From assembly GCA_965228895.1 (NCBI GenBank), contig OZ245842.1, positions 5,088,001 to 5,152,000 of the forward strand: a DNA stretch of 64,000 nt. The letters run 5' to 3'. Positions 27,920 to 37,114 of this stretch are shown here, one piece after another. The notes below the pieces were generated by a model. That model searched no databases. It worked only from the letters and a program-made list of their open reading frames with translations, and had not been told where the DNA came from. The translations under genes were made by a program, and so were the position numbers. Each line of letters starts with the position of its first letter. The stretch's first letter is position 1. Origin of the DNA: Alphaproteobacteria bacterium (lineage in GTDB: Bacteria > Pseudomonadota > Alphaproteobacteria > SP197).

Positions 27920-28906
27920 TCAGGCCGCCCGGCGGGGTCCGACACCGGGCGGCAGGTGATCGACCATGGCGCGAATGTGCTCGATGGTCGTGCCGCAGCA
28001 CCCGCCGATGATCTGCACGCCGCCCTCGACCCAGCCCCGGCATGCGTCGGCAAATGCCTGCTCCGAGACGGTCACTTTGGCGCGATGGCTTTTGGCATCG
28101 AAATTTTGCGTTTCGGGATAGGCCATCACCGGTCCCGGCCAGCTGTCGAACAGAACGTCGAGCGCGGGCGTCGTGGACTGGATGGCGCTGTGCATAATGC
28201 CGTAGACATCGCCGCCGATCGCCGTCAAGGCGTCGATCACCTCGACCAGCGGCGGCGGAACCGGCTCAAGATCGCCGTTCGCCATGACTTGCGGCTCCTC
28301 GATATTGACGTCCCAGCCGGTCATCGCGCCGTCGTCGTGCCGTGACGCGCTGATCCCGACCCAGACCGGGAGCCCGGTCGCGACGGCCGCTTCCATCAAA
28401 CGGGACGCGTGGTCGACATCGCCCATCATTTCCAGGATCAGCAGGTCGACGCCGGCCTCGGCCAGGGTGTCGGCCATCTCAGCGTAGTCCGCGCCTTCCT
28501 GTTCGGGCGAGGGATAGTGGCTGGGGTCCGACGAGATTGATCCCGCGATCCACGCCTTCATGTTGGAGAGACTGCCGGCGACCGCCACCGGGCGGTCTGC
28601 CGCGACGTTGTCGCGCGCCTCTCGCGCCAGCTGGGCGGCGCGCCGGTTGATCGCCACGGTCTCATCAGCCAGGCCGGCGCCTTCCAAGACGTGCCGGCAG
28701 GTCGCGAAGGTGTTGGTGGTGATGATGTCGGCGCCGGCGCGTAAATACGCTTCGTGCACCCGGCGCACGATGTCGGGATGAGTCTTGTTGGCGACGGCGC
28801 ACCAGGCCGCGCTGTCCATCGCGCCGCCCAGGCGCGCGATCTCGGTACCGGTGGCGCCGTCCAGCACGATGATGTCGCCGGACGCGATCTTGTCGTCGAG
28901 GATCAT
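27920..28906 (-). CDS. Homocysteine S-methyltransferase family protein 2 (tandem paralog)
   Basis: Same motifs and same length (328 aa) as the adjacent copy. Confidence 0.88.
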   Translation of the reverse strand: MILDDKIASGDIIVLDGATGTEIARLGGAMDSAAWCAVANKTHPDIVRRVHEAYLRAGADIITTNTFATCRHVLEGAGLADETVAINRRAAQLAREARDNVAADRPVAVAGSLSNMKAWIAGSISSDPSHYPSPEQEGADYAEMADTLAEAGVDLLILEMMGDVDHASRLMEAAVATGLPVWVGISASRHDDGAMTGWDVNIEEPQVMANGDLEPVPPPLVEVIDALTAIGGDVYGIMHSAIQSTTPALDVLFDSWPGPVMAYPETQNFDAKSHRAKVTVSEQAFADACRGWVEGGVQIIGGCCGTTIEHIRAMVDHLPPGVGPRRAA

Positions 28907-29031
28907 GGCAGTGCCCCCTCATAACGTCGGAGATAATGGTAGGGCGGCCCGATGCGGCAAGAAAGCTGTACCGTGGTGCCGGCTGCACAACTTGTCTTAG
29001 GATATGACGGACTTGTAGCGGAGGTGCCTAT

Positions 29032-29928
29032 ATGGGGTTGAAACGCGTCGCGGCGGATACGTCGATCGACAGTCTGGAAGAGATCGTCAGACAAGACGGC
29101 TGTGTTGTCATCGAACGCCTGGCGCCTGATCGGGTCGCGAGCGCGAAGGCTGAGCTCGATCACTGGGTCGAGGCCACGCCCTACGGTCCCGGCAACTTCG
29201 CCGGGCCCAACGGCAAGAACGTCGAGGGCCTGGTCGGCAAGTCCGACGCCGCCCATGCGCTGATGATCCACGACACGGTGCTGGCGCTCTGCGACCGCAT
29301 TCTGTTGCCCAGCTGTGTGCGTTATCAGCTCAACTACACGGGCATCATGCATCTGGAGCCCGGCAACGCAGCGCAGGAGCTGCACCGCGACGGTGGAATC
29401 TATCCGCTTCGTCATCCCCATCCGCCAACCATCCTGGCGAGCATGTGGGCGGCCAGCGACTTCACGGCTGAAAACGGCGGGACACGGCTGGTACCCGGCA
29501 GCCATCTGTGGGAGCACGAGCGCAAGGCGCGTGATGACGAGGTCGTTTCGGCGGCCATGCCGGCGGGATCCGTGCTGTTGTATATCGGCGGCGTCATCCA
29601 CGCCGGCGGTGCCAACACGGGCAACACCAAACGCACAGGCATCGCGGTGCAGTACAGCCTGGGCTGGTTACGCCAAGAGGAGAACCTGCATCTGGCGGTG
29701 CCGCCGGATCTCGCGCGGACCCTGCCAGACCGGCTTGCGCGGTTGGTCGGCTATGACTTCGGCGGGCCGTTCCTGGGTTTTGTCAACGGCGATGATCCCC
29801 ACCGGCTGGTCGAGGAAACCGCACTCAGCGAACGGTGCCACAGCCGACCGGAGCTGGATGCCGCGTCGGAGAAACTCACGCGATTTTCGTGGGGCGATGT
29901 CAAACCAGTGACGACGCCGGAGCGCTGA
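29032..29928 (+). CDS. Phytanoyl-CoA dioxygenase (PhyH) family protein 3
   Basis: AQELHRD, DFTAENGGTRLVPGSH, HAGGAN, LGWLRQEEN. Confidence 0.9.
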   Translation: MGLKRVAADTSIDSLEEIVRQDGCVVIERLAPDRVASAKAELDHWVEATPYGPGNFAGPNGKNVEGLVGKSDAAHALMIHDTVLALCDRILLPSCVRYQLNYTGIMHLEPGNAAQELHRDGGIYPLRHPHPPTILASMWAASDFTAENGGTRLVPGSHLWEHERKARDDEVVSAAMPAGSVLLYIGGVIHAGGANTGNTKRTGIAVQYSLGWLRQEENLHLAVPPDLARTLPDRLARLVGYDFGGPFLGFVNGDDPHRLVEETALSERCHSRPELDAASEKLTRFSWGDVKPVTTPER

Positions 29929-29973
29929 CATGCCGGTAAGGTGCGGACGTTGTCCGCCACCGTGGCAGTGATC

Positions 29974-30645
29974 TTAGCGGTTGCCGCGCGCGGCCTTGGC
30001 GGCGGCCTCCAGGCCAACCGGATACTCCGCGACCTTGAAGCCAGCCGTGGCCAGCACCTCGATCAGGAGGCGGTCGCGCAGTTCGTCCATGCGGTCTTCG
30101 ACCAGGCCTGAGAGCCTCAAGTCGGCGAAACCATGCAGGCGCGACCAAATCATCAGCGCCATACGCTCGGCGTCGAAGCGGCCAACGCTCGGCCGGTTCA
30201 ACTCGCGTTCCTCGGCGGCGCGCTGAATGATGACCGCCGGGCGGCGCAGCAGCGCTTCGTCGGCCAATTGCATCCGACCGACCGTGTGTTGGGTCTCGTT
30301 CAACGCGAAGAGCGAGCGGTAGATTTCCGGACGACGGTTGGCGAAGTCCAGATAGGCGGCGCAGCGGCGCGCCAAGCGCGCGGCCCAACTCCTGGCGGTC
30401 AGACTGGGCAGGCCTTCGGCGCTCAGATCTTCCTCGACGTCGCTCAAGAGATGGCCCAGCTCAGCGACGTGGCGGCCGCGGATTTCGGCGCCGATGGCAT
30501 CGACTCCGCCGGGGAAATAGCGGTAGATCGCGCCGGGGGCGCACTCCAGTTGCTTGCACAGGGTTCTAACGGTCCAGTCGGTCGATCCGGTATCACGGAT
30601 CAACTGCTCTGCCGTCGCGACTATGCGTTCGGTTGAAAGTCCCAT
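29974..30645 (-). CDS. TetR/AcrR family regulator (WHG-type C-terminus)
   Basis: N-terminal HTH TVRTLCKQLECAPGAIYRYF, AYLDFA..RPEIY, WSRLHG; dyad GTGAA-N5-TTCAC at 30718-30732 upstream. Confidence 0.8.
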   Translation of the reverse strand: MGLSTERIVATAEQLIRDTGSTDWTVRTLCKQLECAPGAIYRYFPGGVDAIGAEIRGRHVAELGHLLSDVEEDLSAEGLPSLTARSWAARLARRCAAYLDFANRRPEIYRSLFALNETQHTVGRMQLADEALLRRPAVIIQRAAEERELNRPSVGRFDAERMALMIWSRLHGFADLRLSGLVEDRMDELRDRLLIEVLATAGFKVAEYPVGLEAAAKAARGNR

Positions 30646-30827
30646 ACGCGACACGTCCTGGTGCTCCCTCGTGGATCGGATGGCTTGAAACCCGCCATTT
30701 GTTTGGCAAAATTGTGGGTGAATCGTGTTCACGTTGCAAGCGGGCTCACATCCCGCAGCGACGATTTCGTATAAGTGTTTGAAACTAAAGTATAAGATTC
30801 TGCTACCACTTTAGAGGTACTCCAAAC

Positions 30828-31631
30828 GTGTTCATCCACAGAGGTGTTGGGGTCGCCAAACAGTCATTTAGACGATTCGTTTTGGTGCTCGTTGTCCTTG
30901 TTTTGTTCATAAGTGTTAACGGCGCCGCGCGGTCTGAATCGTTACTTGTTTTTGCCGCCGCCAGCATGAGCGATGCCATGCAGGACTTGGCCGATAGCTT
31001 CGAGGCACAGACCGGTACTCAGGTTGTTCTTTCCCTGGCCGCCAGTTCGGTTCTGGCCAAGCAGATCGAACACGGCGCCCCGGCCGGCATATACATCTCC
31101 GCCAACCCGGACTGGATGGATTATTTGGCCGCGCAAGACCTGATCGTTGCCGAAAGTCGGCGCGACATCGCGGCGAATCGCCTGGCGCTGATTGAACCGG
31201 AAGGAAGCGATGTTGCCGTTGATCTGGATACGCCGAACACGCTTGTCGCCGCGCTCGGACCAGACGGCCGATTAGCAGTCGGCGACCCCACGCATGTTCC
31301 CGCCGGTGTCTATGCGCGCCAAGCGCTGGAGACGCTCGGTCTTTGGACCACGCTGGAATCGCGTCTGGCCCGGGCGGCGAACGTCCGCGGCGCGTTGGCC
31401 CTGGTCGAGCGTGGCGAAAGCCCGCTGGGCATCGCTTACGCGACGGATACAGAGGCCAGCGACCGCGTAAAGATCGTGGCGATCTTTCCGGACTCAAGCC
31501 ACGCACCGATCCTTTACCCCGGCGCGCGTGTCGCCGCCGGTGACGGACCGGCGGCAGAAGCCTTCCTCGCTTTTATCGAGTCGCCGGCGGGCCTTGCAGT
31601 CCTCGCCGAACACGGCTTCCTGCCGCCTTGA
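30828..31631 (+). CDS. modA: Molybdate ABC transporter substrate-binding protein
   Basis: VFAAASM, AASSVLAKQIEHGAPA, GDPTHVPAGVYA, NVRGAL, AYATD. Confidence 0.92.
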   Translation: MFIHRGVGVAKQSFRRFVLVLVVLVLFISVNGAARSESLLVFAAASMSDAMQDLADSFEAQTGTQVVLSLAASSVLAKQIEHGAPAGIYISANPDWMDYLAAQDLIVAESRRDIAANRLALIEPEGSDVAVDLDTPNTLVAALGPDGRLAVGDPTHVPAGVYARQALETLGLWTTLESRLARAANVRGALALVERGESPLGIAYATDTEASDRVKIVAIFPDSSHAPILYPGARVAAGDGPAAEAFLAFIESPAGLAVLAEHGFLPP

Positions 31632-31641
31632 CCGTCTTTGA

Positions 31642-32553
31642 CTAGATCGGCGTCGCGGGCGCGACGTCATCGAGGTGTGCATCGATCGCGTCGCTTCGCG
31701 GCAATGCCGGCATCGCGCCCGGCTCAAGACAGGTCAGGGCGCCGGCAACGCTCGCGCGGCGCAGCGCCGCCGGCAGGTCGGCGCCGCTATCCAACGTCGC
31801 GGCCAAAACACCGCAGAACGCATCGCCTGCGCCCGTCGTGTCGCGCGGCGTGATGGTCGGCGCGCCGATACGCCAACCGCCATCCGATGTAATCGCCACC
31901 GCACCGTCACCGCCCAGGGTGACAACCGTGGTGAGCCCTTGGGATGCGGCGAGCTGGCGCGCCACCTCCATTGGATTGTTGGCGGCCAGGCCCAGGTGGT
32001 CGGCGATCTGCATCGCCTCAACCTGATTGGCGATCAGGATGTCGAGTGTTTCCGGCATGATCGGACCAGCCGGCGCGGCGTTCAGAATGACCTGCTTGCC
32101 GGCCTGGCGCGCGCGCGCGGCCAGCGTGAAGACTTCCTTTAGCGGCACTTCCATGCTGAGCAGCACCCGGGAGCATGCGCCGATCAAGTCGTCACTCACC
32201 GCTGCTGCATTGGCCGCCCCGTTGGCGCCGTAGCAGGCGATGATCTGGTTCTCACCGTCATCGGCGACGGCGACGACAGCGACACCACTCGGCATGTTGA
32301 CCGCCGTGATGAACCGGCTGTCGACTCCTTCGGCCGAGACGATCTCCAGGAGATCGTCACCATAGGCGTCGCGTCCGACGCAACCGACCAGCGTCACGTC
32401 GCCGCCGGCTCGCGCCGCGGCGACCGCCTGGTTCGCGCTTTTGCCGCCCGGCGCCGTCGTGTAGCTCGGCGTCAACACGGTCTCACCCGGCTTCGGCAGG
32501 GTGGGTACCGGGATCACCAGATCCATGTTGAGAGAACCGAAGGCGATGATCAT
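31642..32553 (-). CDS. rbsK: Ribokinase (PfkB family)
   Basis: GSLNMDL, PGGKSANQAVAAARAG, GENQI, DTTGAGDAF. Confidence 0.88.
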   Translation of the reverse strand: MIIAFGSLNMDLVIPVPTLPKPGETVLTPSYTTAPGGKSANQAVAAARAGGDVTLVGCVGRDAYGDDLLEIVSAEGVDSRFITAVNMPSGVAVVAVADDGENQIIACYGANGAANAAAVSDDLIGACSRVLLSMEVPLKEVFTLAARARQAGKQVILNAAPAGPIMPETLDILIANQVEAMQIADHLGLAANNPMEVARQLAASQGLTTVVTLGGDGAVAITSDGGWRIGAPTITPRDTTGAGDAFCGVLAATLDSGADLPAALRRASVAGALTCLEPGAMPALPRSDAIDAHLDDVAPATPI

Positions 32554-32566
32554 GACGCATGCTCCG

Positions 32567-32600
32567 AAACGAAAACGGCGGACCTCTGTGAGATCCGCCG
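32567..32600 (-). terminator. Putative intrinsic terminator after the mgs-gmaS operon
   Basis: cggcgga...tccgccg stem followed on the minus strand by ttttcgttt. Confidence 0.5.
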
Positions 32601-32649
32601 CTTAACTTACGTTAGCCGCGGACCCGTTGGCACGCGGTGAAAAATCCGA

Positions 32650-33996
32650 TCAGCAGTCCAGTGTCGTGTCGCGCTCCCACTGGGTCAGGTGGTGGGTGTA
32701 GTGATTCCAGTCGTTCATCTTGAGCTTGACATAGGCGTCGATCGTCTCGTCACCCAAGGCGCCGCGCAGCATCTTCGACTTATCGGTCAGGCGCAGTGCA
32801 TCGAGCAAGTTCAAGGGCAGCTGTTTGACCTTCAGCTTGCGCAACTCTTCGGCGCGCCGGGTCTGGTACATGTTGTTGTCGAGGCGTTTGCCCGGATCGG
32901 TCTTGTTGGCGATGCCGTCCAGACCCGCTGCCAACAGCGCGGCCTGACACAGATAGGGATTGGTCGAGCCGTCCATGATGCGGAACTCGAACCGGCCGGG
33001 ATCGGGAATGCGCACCATGTGCGTGCGGTTGTTGCCGGTATAGCTGATCGTGTTCGGCGCCCATGTCGCGCCCGATGTGGTGACCGGCGCGTTGATGCGT
33101 TTGTAACTGTTGACGGTCGGGTTGAAGATCGAGCACAGCTGATCGGCGTGTGCGAGAACACCGCCCAGGAAGTTATAGCCAAGCGCGGAAATGCCGAGTT
33201 CGCCACGCTGCGCGTGGAACAGGTTCTTCTTGCCCGTCTTGTCCCACAGGCTGGCATGGGTGTGGCAGCCATTGCCGGTCAGATGCACGAAAGGTTTCGG
33301 CATGAAGGTCGCGCGCAGGCCGTGGTTCTCGGCGATCGACTTCACCATGAACTTGAAGAAGACATGGCGGTCGGCGGTGACCATGACGTCGTCGTAGTCC
33401 CAGTTCATTTCGAACTGGCCATTGGCGTCTTCGTGGTCGTTCTGGTAGGGGCCCCAGCCGAGCTCCAGCATGGCGTCGCAGATTTCGCTGACGACGTCAT
33501 AGCGACGCATCAACGCTTGCTGGTCGTAACAAGGCTTTGCCATCGTGTCGGCGGGATCGGAAATGTCGGAGCCGTCGGCGCTGATCAAATGGTACTCGCA
33601 TTCGACGCCGGTCTTCAGCCGATAACCTTTCTTGGCGGCGGCATCGATCTGGCGCTGCAACACATTGCGCGGACCGTGATCGACCGACTTGCCGTCCATC
33701 TGGATGTTCGCGGCCAGCCAGCCGACTTCCGGCTTCCAAGGCAACTGGATCAAGCTCGACACGTCAGGCACAGCGAACATGTCGCTGTCGGCCGGCGACA
33801 TATCGAGGTTGGTGGCGAAACCGGCAAAGCCAGCGCCATCGGCGACCATGCCGTCGATCGCGGCGGCCGGCACCAGCTTGGACCGGGAGACACCGAACAG
33901 GTCGGTGAAGCTGATCAGGAAGTACTTGATGCCTTTCGACCTGGCGACTTGCGAAAGTTTTTTCTGTGCTGCGATTCTCTGTGCGGCGGATGCCAT
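32650..33996 (-). CDS. glnT: Type III glutamate-ammonia ligase / gamma-glutamylmethylamide synthetase (GmaS)
   Basis: KYFLISFTDLFG, GAGFAGFA, CYDQQALMR, DHEDANGQFEMN, ATFMPKPF, SGATWAP, GNNRTHM; in an operon with mgsABC. Confidence 0.93.
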   Translation of the reverse strand: MASAAQRIAAQKKLSQVARSKGIKYFLISFTDLFGVSRSKLVPAAAIDGMVADGAGFAGFATNLDMSPADSDMFAVPDVSSLIQLPWKPEVGWLAANIQMDGKSVDHGPRNVLQRQIDAAAKKGYRLKTGVECEYHLISADGSDISDPADTMAKPCYDQQALMRRYDVVSEICDAMLELGWGPYQNDHEDANGQFEMNWDYDDVMVTADRHVFFKFMVKSIAENHGLRATFMPKPFVHLTGNGCHTHASLWDKTGKKNLFHAQRGELGISALGYNFLGGVLAHADQLCSIFNPTVNSYKRINAPVTTSGATWAPNTISYTGNNRTHMVRIPDPGRFEFRIMDGSTNPYLCQAALLAAGLDGIANKTDPGKRLDNNMYQTRRAEELRKLKVKQLPLNLLDALRLTDKSKMLRGALGDETIDAYVKLKMNDWNHYTHHLTQWERDTTLDC

Positions 33997-34069
33997 GGTT
34001 GCCCCCTTCGTTAAACGTCGTTGTTTGTTGCGCCGAAACTTAGCGCGCGGCGGCGGTTGCCCGCCAGTG

Positions 34070-35386
34070 TCAGGTACGTCCGGGAATCCAGTTCGTGCCG
34101 GCCAGCGGAATGCCCGCCATGGCGGCTGCCTCGACGGTCAGCGCGACCATGTCTTCGGGTTCCAGGTTGTTGACGTGATCCTTGCCGCAGGCACGCGCCA
34201 GGGTCTGCACCTCCATCACCATGGTGGTCAGGTAATTCTGCAGCCAGCGTGCGCCCTGTTCGGGAACCAGGCGACTTTCCAGCTCCGGATCCTGGGTCGT
34301 CACGCCGACGGGACAGCGGCCGGTATGGCAGTGATGGCAGAAGCCGGGCTGGGTGCCGAGCGCGTGATAGTCGTCGCGGTAGACCGGCTTGTTGCAGCCC
34401 AGCGCCATCAGCGCGGCCATGCCGATCGAGACGGCGTCCGCACCCATCGCCAGAGCCTTCGCCGCATCGGCGCCGGTGCGGATACCGCCGGAGACGATCA
34501 GCTGCACCTTTCTGTGCATGTCCAGTTCCTGCAGCGCTTCGACGGCGGCACGCACCGCCGGCAAGGTCGGGATGCCGACATGCTCGATAAAGACATCCTG
34601 GGTCGCTGCCGTGCCGCCCTGCATGCCGTCCAAGACAATAGCGTCGGCGCCAGCCTTGACGCAGAGTGCGATATCGAAGGCGACGCGGGTTGCGCCGATT
34701 TTGATATAGATCGGCTTTTCCCAATCGGTGATCTCGCGCAGCTCCTGGATCTTGATCGTCAAGTCGTCGGGGCCGGTCCAGTCGGGATGGCGGCAGGCGC
34801 TCCTCTGGTCGATGCCTTCGGGCAGGGTGCGCATGCCAGCGACCCGCTCGTTGATCTTTTGGCCCAGCAGCATGCCGCCGCCGCCGGGCTTGGCACCCTG
34901 ACCGACGACAACTTCGATGGCGTCCGCCTTCCTGAGATCATCGGGGTTCATGCCATAACGCGACGGCAGGAGCTGATAGACGAGCGTCTTCGACGAACCG
35001 CGTTCTTCCTGCGTCATGCCGCCGTCACCGGTGGTCGTCGACGTGCCCATGGCGGTGGCCGCCGTGCCCAGCGCCTCTTTGGCGTGGGCGCCGAGCGCGC
35101 CGAAACTCATGCCGGCGATGGTGATCGGGATCTTCAGTTCGATCGGATTTTTGGCGAAGCGGGTGCCGATGGTGACGTTCGTCGCGCAAGCCTCGCGGTA
35201 ACCTTCCAAGGGATAGCGGCTTGTCGAGGCGCCGAGGAAGACCAGATCATCGAATGTCGGCAGCGCGCGTTTGGCGCCGCTGCCGCGAATCGAGTAGAGG
35301 CCCTGGTCGGCTTGGCGCTGGATCTCTGCGATGACTTCCGGCGGGAAGGTCGCGGACGGAATCTGTTGGCGCGGATCGACGGACAT
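34070..35386 (-). CDS. glxD: N-methylglutamate synthase subunit C (MgsC), FMN-binding glutamate synthase-like
   Basis: SRYPLEGYRE, GMSFGAL, GQGAKPGGGG, RHPDWTGPDDL, CHHCHTGRCPVG. Confidence 0.92.
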   Translation of the reverse strand: MSVDPRQQIPSATFPPEVIAEIQRQADQGLYSIRGSGAKRALPTFDDLVFLGASTSRYPLEGYREACATNVTIGTRFAKNPIELKIPITIAGMSFGALGAHAKEALGTAATAMGTSTTTGDGGMTQEERGSSKTLVYQLLPSRYGMNPDDLRKADAIEVVVGQGAKPGGGGMLLGQKINERVAGMRTLPEGIDQRSACRHPDWTGPDDLTIKIQELREITDWEKPIYIKIGATRVAFDIALCVKAGADAIVLDGMQGGTAATQDVFIEHVGIPTLPAVRAAVEALQELDMHRKVQLIVSGGIRTGADAAKALAMGADAVSIGMAALMALGCNKPVYRDDYHALGTQPGFCHHCHTGRCPVGVTTQDPELESRLVPEQGARWLQNYLTTMVMEVQTLARACGKDHVNNLEPEDMVALTVEAAAMAGIPLAGTNWIPGRT

Positions 35387-35400
35387 GACGATGGCCTTTC

Positions 35401-36084
35401 TTAGTAAGCGTCGGCGTGGTCGACGTTGAAGTTGTAAAGCTTGCGGGCTGAGCCATAGCGCCGGAAGTCGGCGGGGTCGGCGTCGACGCCGGCTTGGTCA
35501 AGCAGGTCTTTCAGTGCGGCCCGGTGCTCGTCGGTCATTTCCTTTTCGATGCAGTCGGCGCCCAGGCTCGCGACCTCGCCCTTTACGAAGAGACGGGCCT
35601 CATAGATCGAGTCGCCAAGATTCTCACCGACATCGCCGCACACGACGAGGTTGCCGGCCTGGGCCATGAAGGCGCCGAAATGGCCGATCGACCCGGCGAC
35701 GACGATATCGATGCCTTTCATCGAAATGCCGCAGCGGTGTCCGGCATCGCCTTCGATGACCAGGAGTCCGCCATGGCCGGTCGCGCCGGCCGCCTGGCTC
35801 GCATTGCCGGTGACGCGCACGGTGCCCGACATCATGTTTTCAGCGATGCCCCAGCCTGTGTGGCCATTGACGGTGACGTTCGCGGTCTTGTTCATGCCGG
35901 CGCAGTAATAGCCGACATGGCCGTTGATGGTGACGTCGAGCTCGCCGTCGAGGCCCGCGGCGATCGCATGTGCGCCATCCGGGTTGTCGATGGTCCAGCT
36001 CGTATCGTTGGTGTCGGCGGGCAGCGCGTGCAGCGCCTGATTCAGGTCCCGCACGCTGGAGGCCGCGAGGTCGACCCCGCTCAT
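35401..36084 (-). CDS. glxC: N-methylglutamate synthase subunit B (MgsB), GXGXG domain
   Basis: GYYCAGMN, AENMMSG, RCGISMKG, GDSIYEA, GSARKLYNF. Confidence 0.92.
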   Translation of the reverse strand: MSGVDLAASSVRDLNQALHALPADTNDTSWTIDNPDGAHAIAAGLDGELDVTINGHVGYYCAGMNKTANVTVNGHTGWGIAENMMSGTVRVTGNASQAAGATGHGGLLVIEGDAGHRCGISMKGIDIVVAGSIGHFGAFMAQAGNLVVCGDVGENLGDSIYEARLFVKGEVASLGADCIEKEMTDEHRAALKDLLDQAGVDADPADFRRYGSARKLYNFNVDHADAY

Positions 36085-36992
36085 GCCTGGCCCTCCAGGC
36101 TCCAGGTATAGAGCGTCGCCGGCGCGGGCTCCCAGATCGAGGCGTCCTTGACGCCGGGCAGATGCGCGATGGAACGGAACTCCGACGCCATCGCGACCCA
36201 GTCGTCGGTCTCGGCGAGCACCGCCGGCTTGCAGCTGATGGGGTCGCGCAAGACCGCGAAACCGTCGCGGGTGCCCAGGCAGAACGTATAGAAACCATCG
36301 AGGTCCTTCAGCCCGGCCTCGAGCGCCTCGTCCAGCGTGGCGCCTTCACCCATGCGAAACGCAAAGTAGCGCGCGGCGACTTCGGTATCGTTGTCGGTTT
36401 CGAACTCCATGCCGCGACGCTCAAGCCATTCGCGCATGCGGTTGGGGCTCGCCAGCGAGCCGTTGTGCACCAGGCAGATATCCGACGCCGCGGTGAAGGG
36501 GTGGCTGTGCTCCGTGGTGACGGCACTCTCGGTCGCCATGCGGGTATGGCCGATGCCGTGGGTGCCGGTCATCTCGCGCACGCCGAACTTGTCCGCGACA
36601 TCGGACGGCAAGCCCATGTCCTTGTAGACCTCCATGGTGTGGCCATAACCCATGACGCGCACCTCCGGGTGCGCCTGCTTGAGCCAGGCACGCGCCGCCG
36701 TCTCGTCGCCGCCGGAAATGACGACGACGGCGTGGTTGTTCTTGATCACCACGTCTGTCTCGGCTTCCAGCGCCTGGGCCAGATCGCCGCCCAGCTCGCG
36801 CCAGGCATAGTCCATGTCGGGATGGAACAAGGTGAGCTTCGCTGAGTCGTCGTCGCGACCGTGGTGATAGACGGCGATACCCGCGCTATCGGGGCCGCGT
36901 TCGGTCATGCCGATCAGCATGGTGGTCAAATGGTCGCCCAATTTTGGCGACAACTCAGGATTTTTGATGAAAAGACCGACAATTCCGCACAT
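36081..36992 (-). CDS. glxB: N-methylglutamate synthase subunit A (MgsA), class II glutamine amidotransferase
   Basis: N-terminal MCGIVG, RGPDSAG, GHTRMATES, VHNGSL. Confidence 0.92.
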   Translation of the reverse strand: MCGIVGLFIKNPELSPKLGDHLTTMLIGMTERGPDSAGIAVYHHGRDDDSAKLTLFHPDMDYAWRELGGDLAQALEAETDVVIKNNHAVVVISGGDETAARAWLKQAHPEVRVMGYGHTMEVYKDMGLPSDVADKFGVREMTGTHGIGHTRMATESAVTTEHSHPFTAASDICLVHNGSLASPNRMREWLERRGMEFETDNDTEVAARYFAFRMGEGATLDEALEAGLKDLDGFYTFCLGTRDGFAVLRDPISCKPAVLAETDDWVAMASEFRSIAHLPGVKDASIWEPAPATLYTWSLEGQA

Positions 36993-37071
36993 AACGGGGG
37001 TCTCCGGCTGAATTTATGGAGTCGCCGGAACGTAGGCAGTTTCCCATCCAAAATCAATGGGGGTTAACGCA

Positions 37072-37088
37072 GTTTCCCCTGGGGAAAC
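37072..37088. promoter_or_regulatory. Candidate operator upstream of mgsA
   Basis: Perfect dyad GTTTCCCC-T-GGGGAAAC; the TTTCC-N5-GGAAA core recurs at 40162-40176 upstream of the XRE regulator. Confidence 0.55.
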
Positions 37089-37114
37089 AAGCTGTTGGCT
37101 GTCTCCCGCGTGAT

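Noticed and set aside
32650-36992. Ordinary GS/GOGAT ammonia assimilation genes
   Set aside because: The split glxB/C/D architecture, type III ligase motifs and linkage to soxBDAG-like genes fit the known N-methylglutamate pathway, which is itself not novel.
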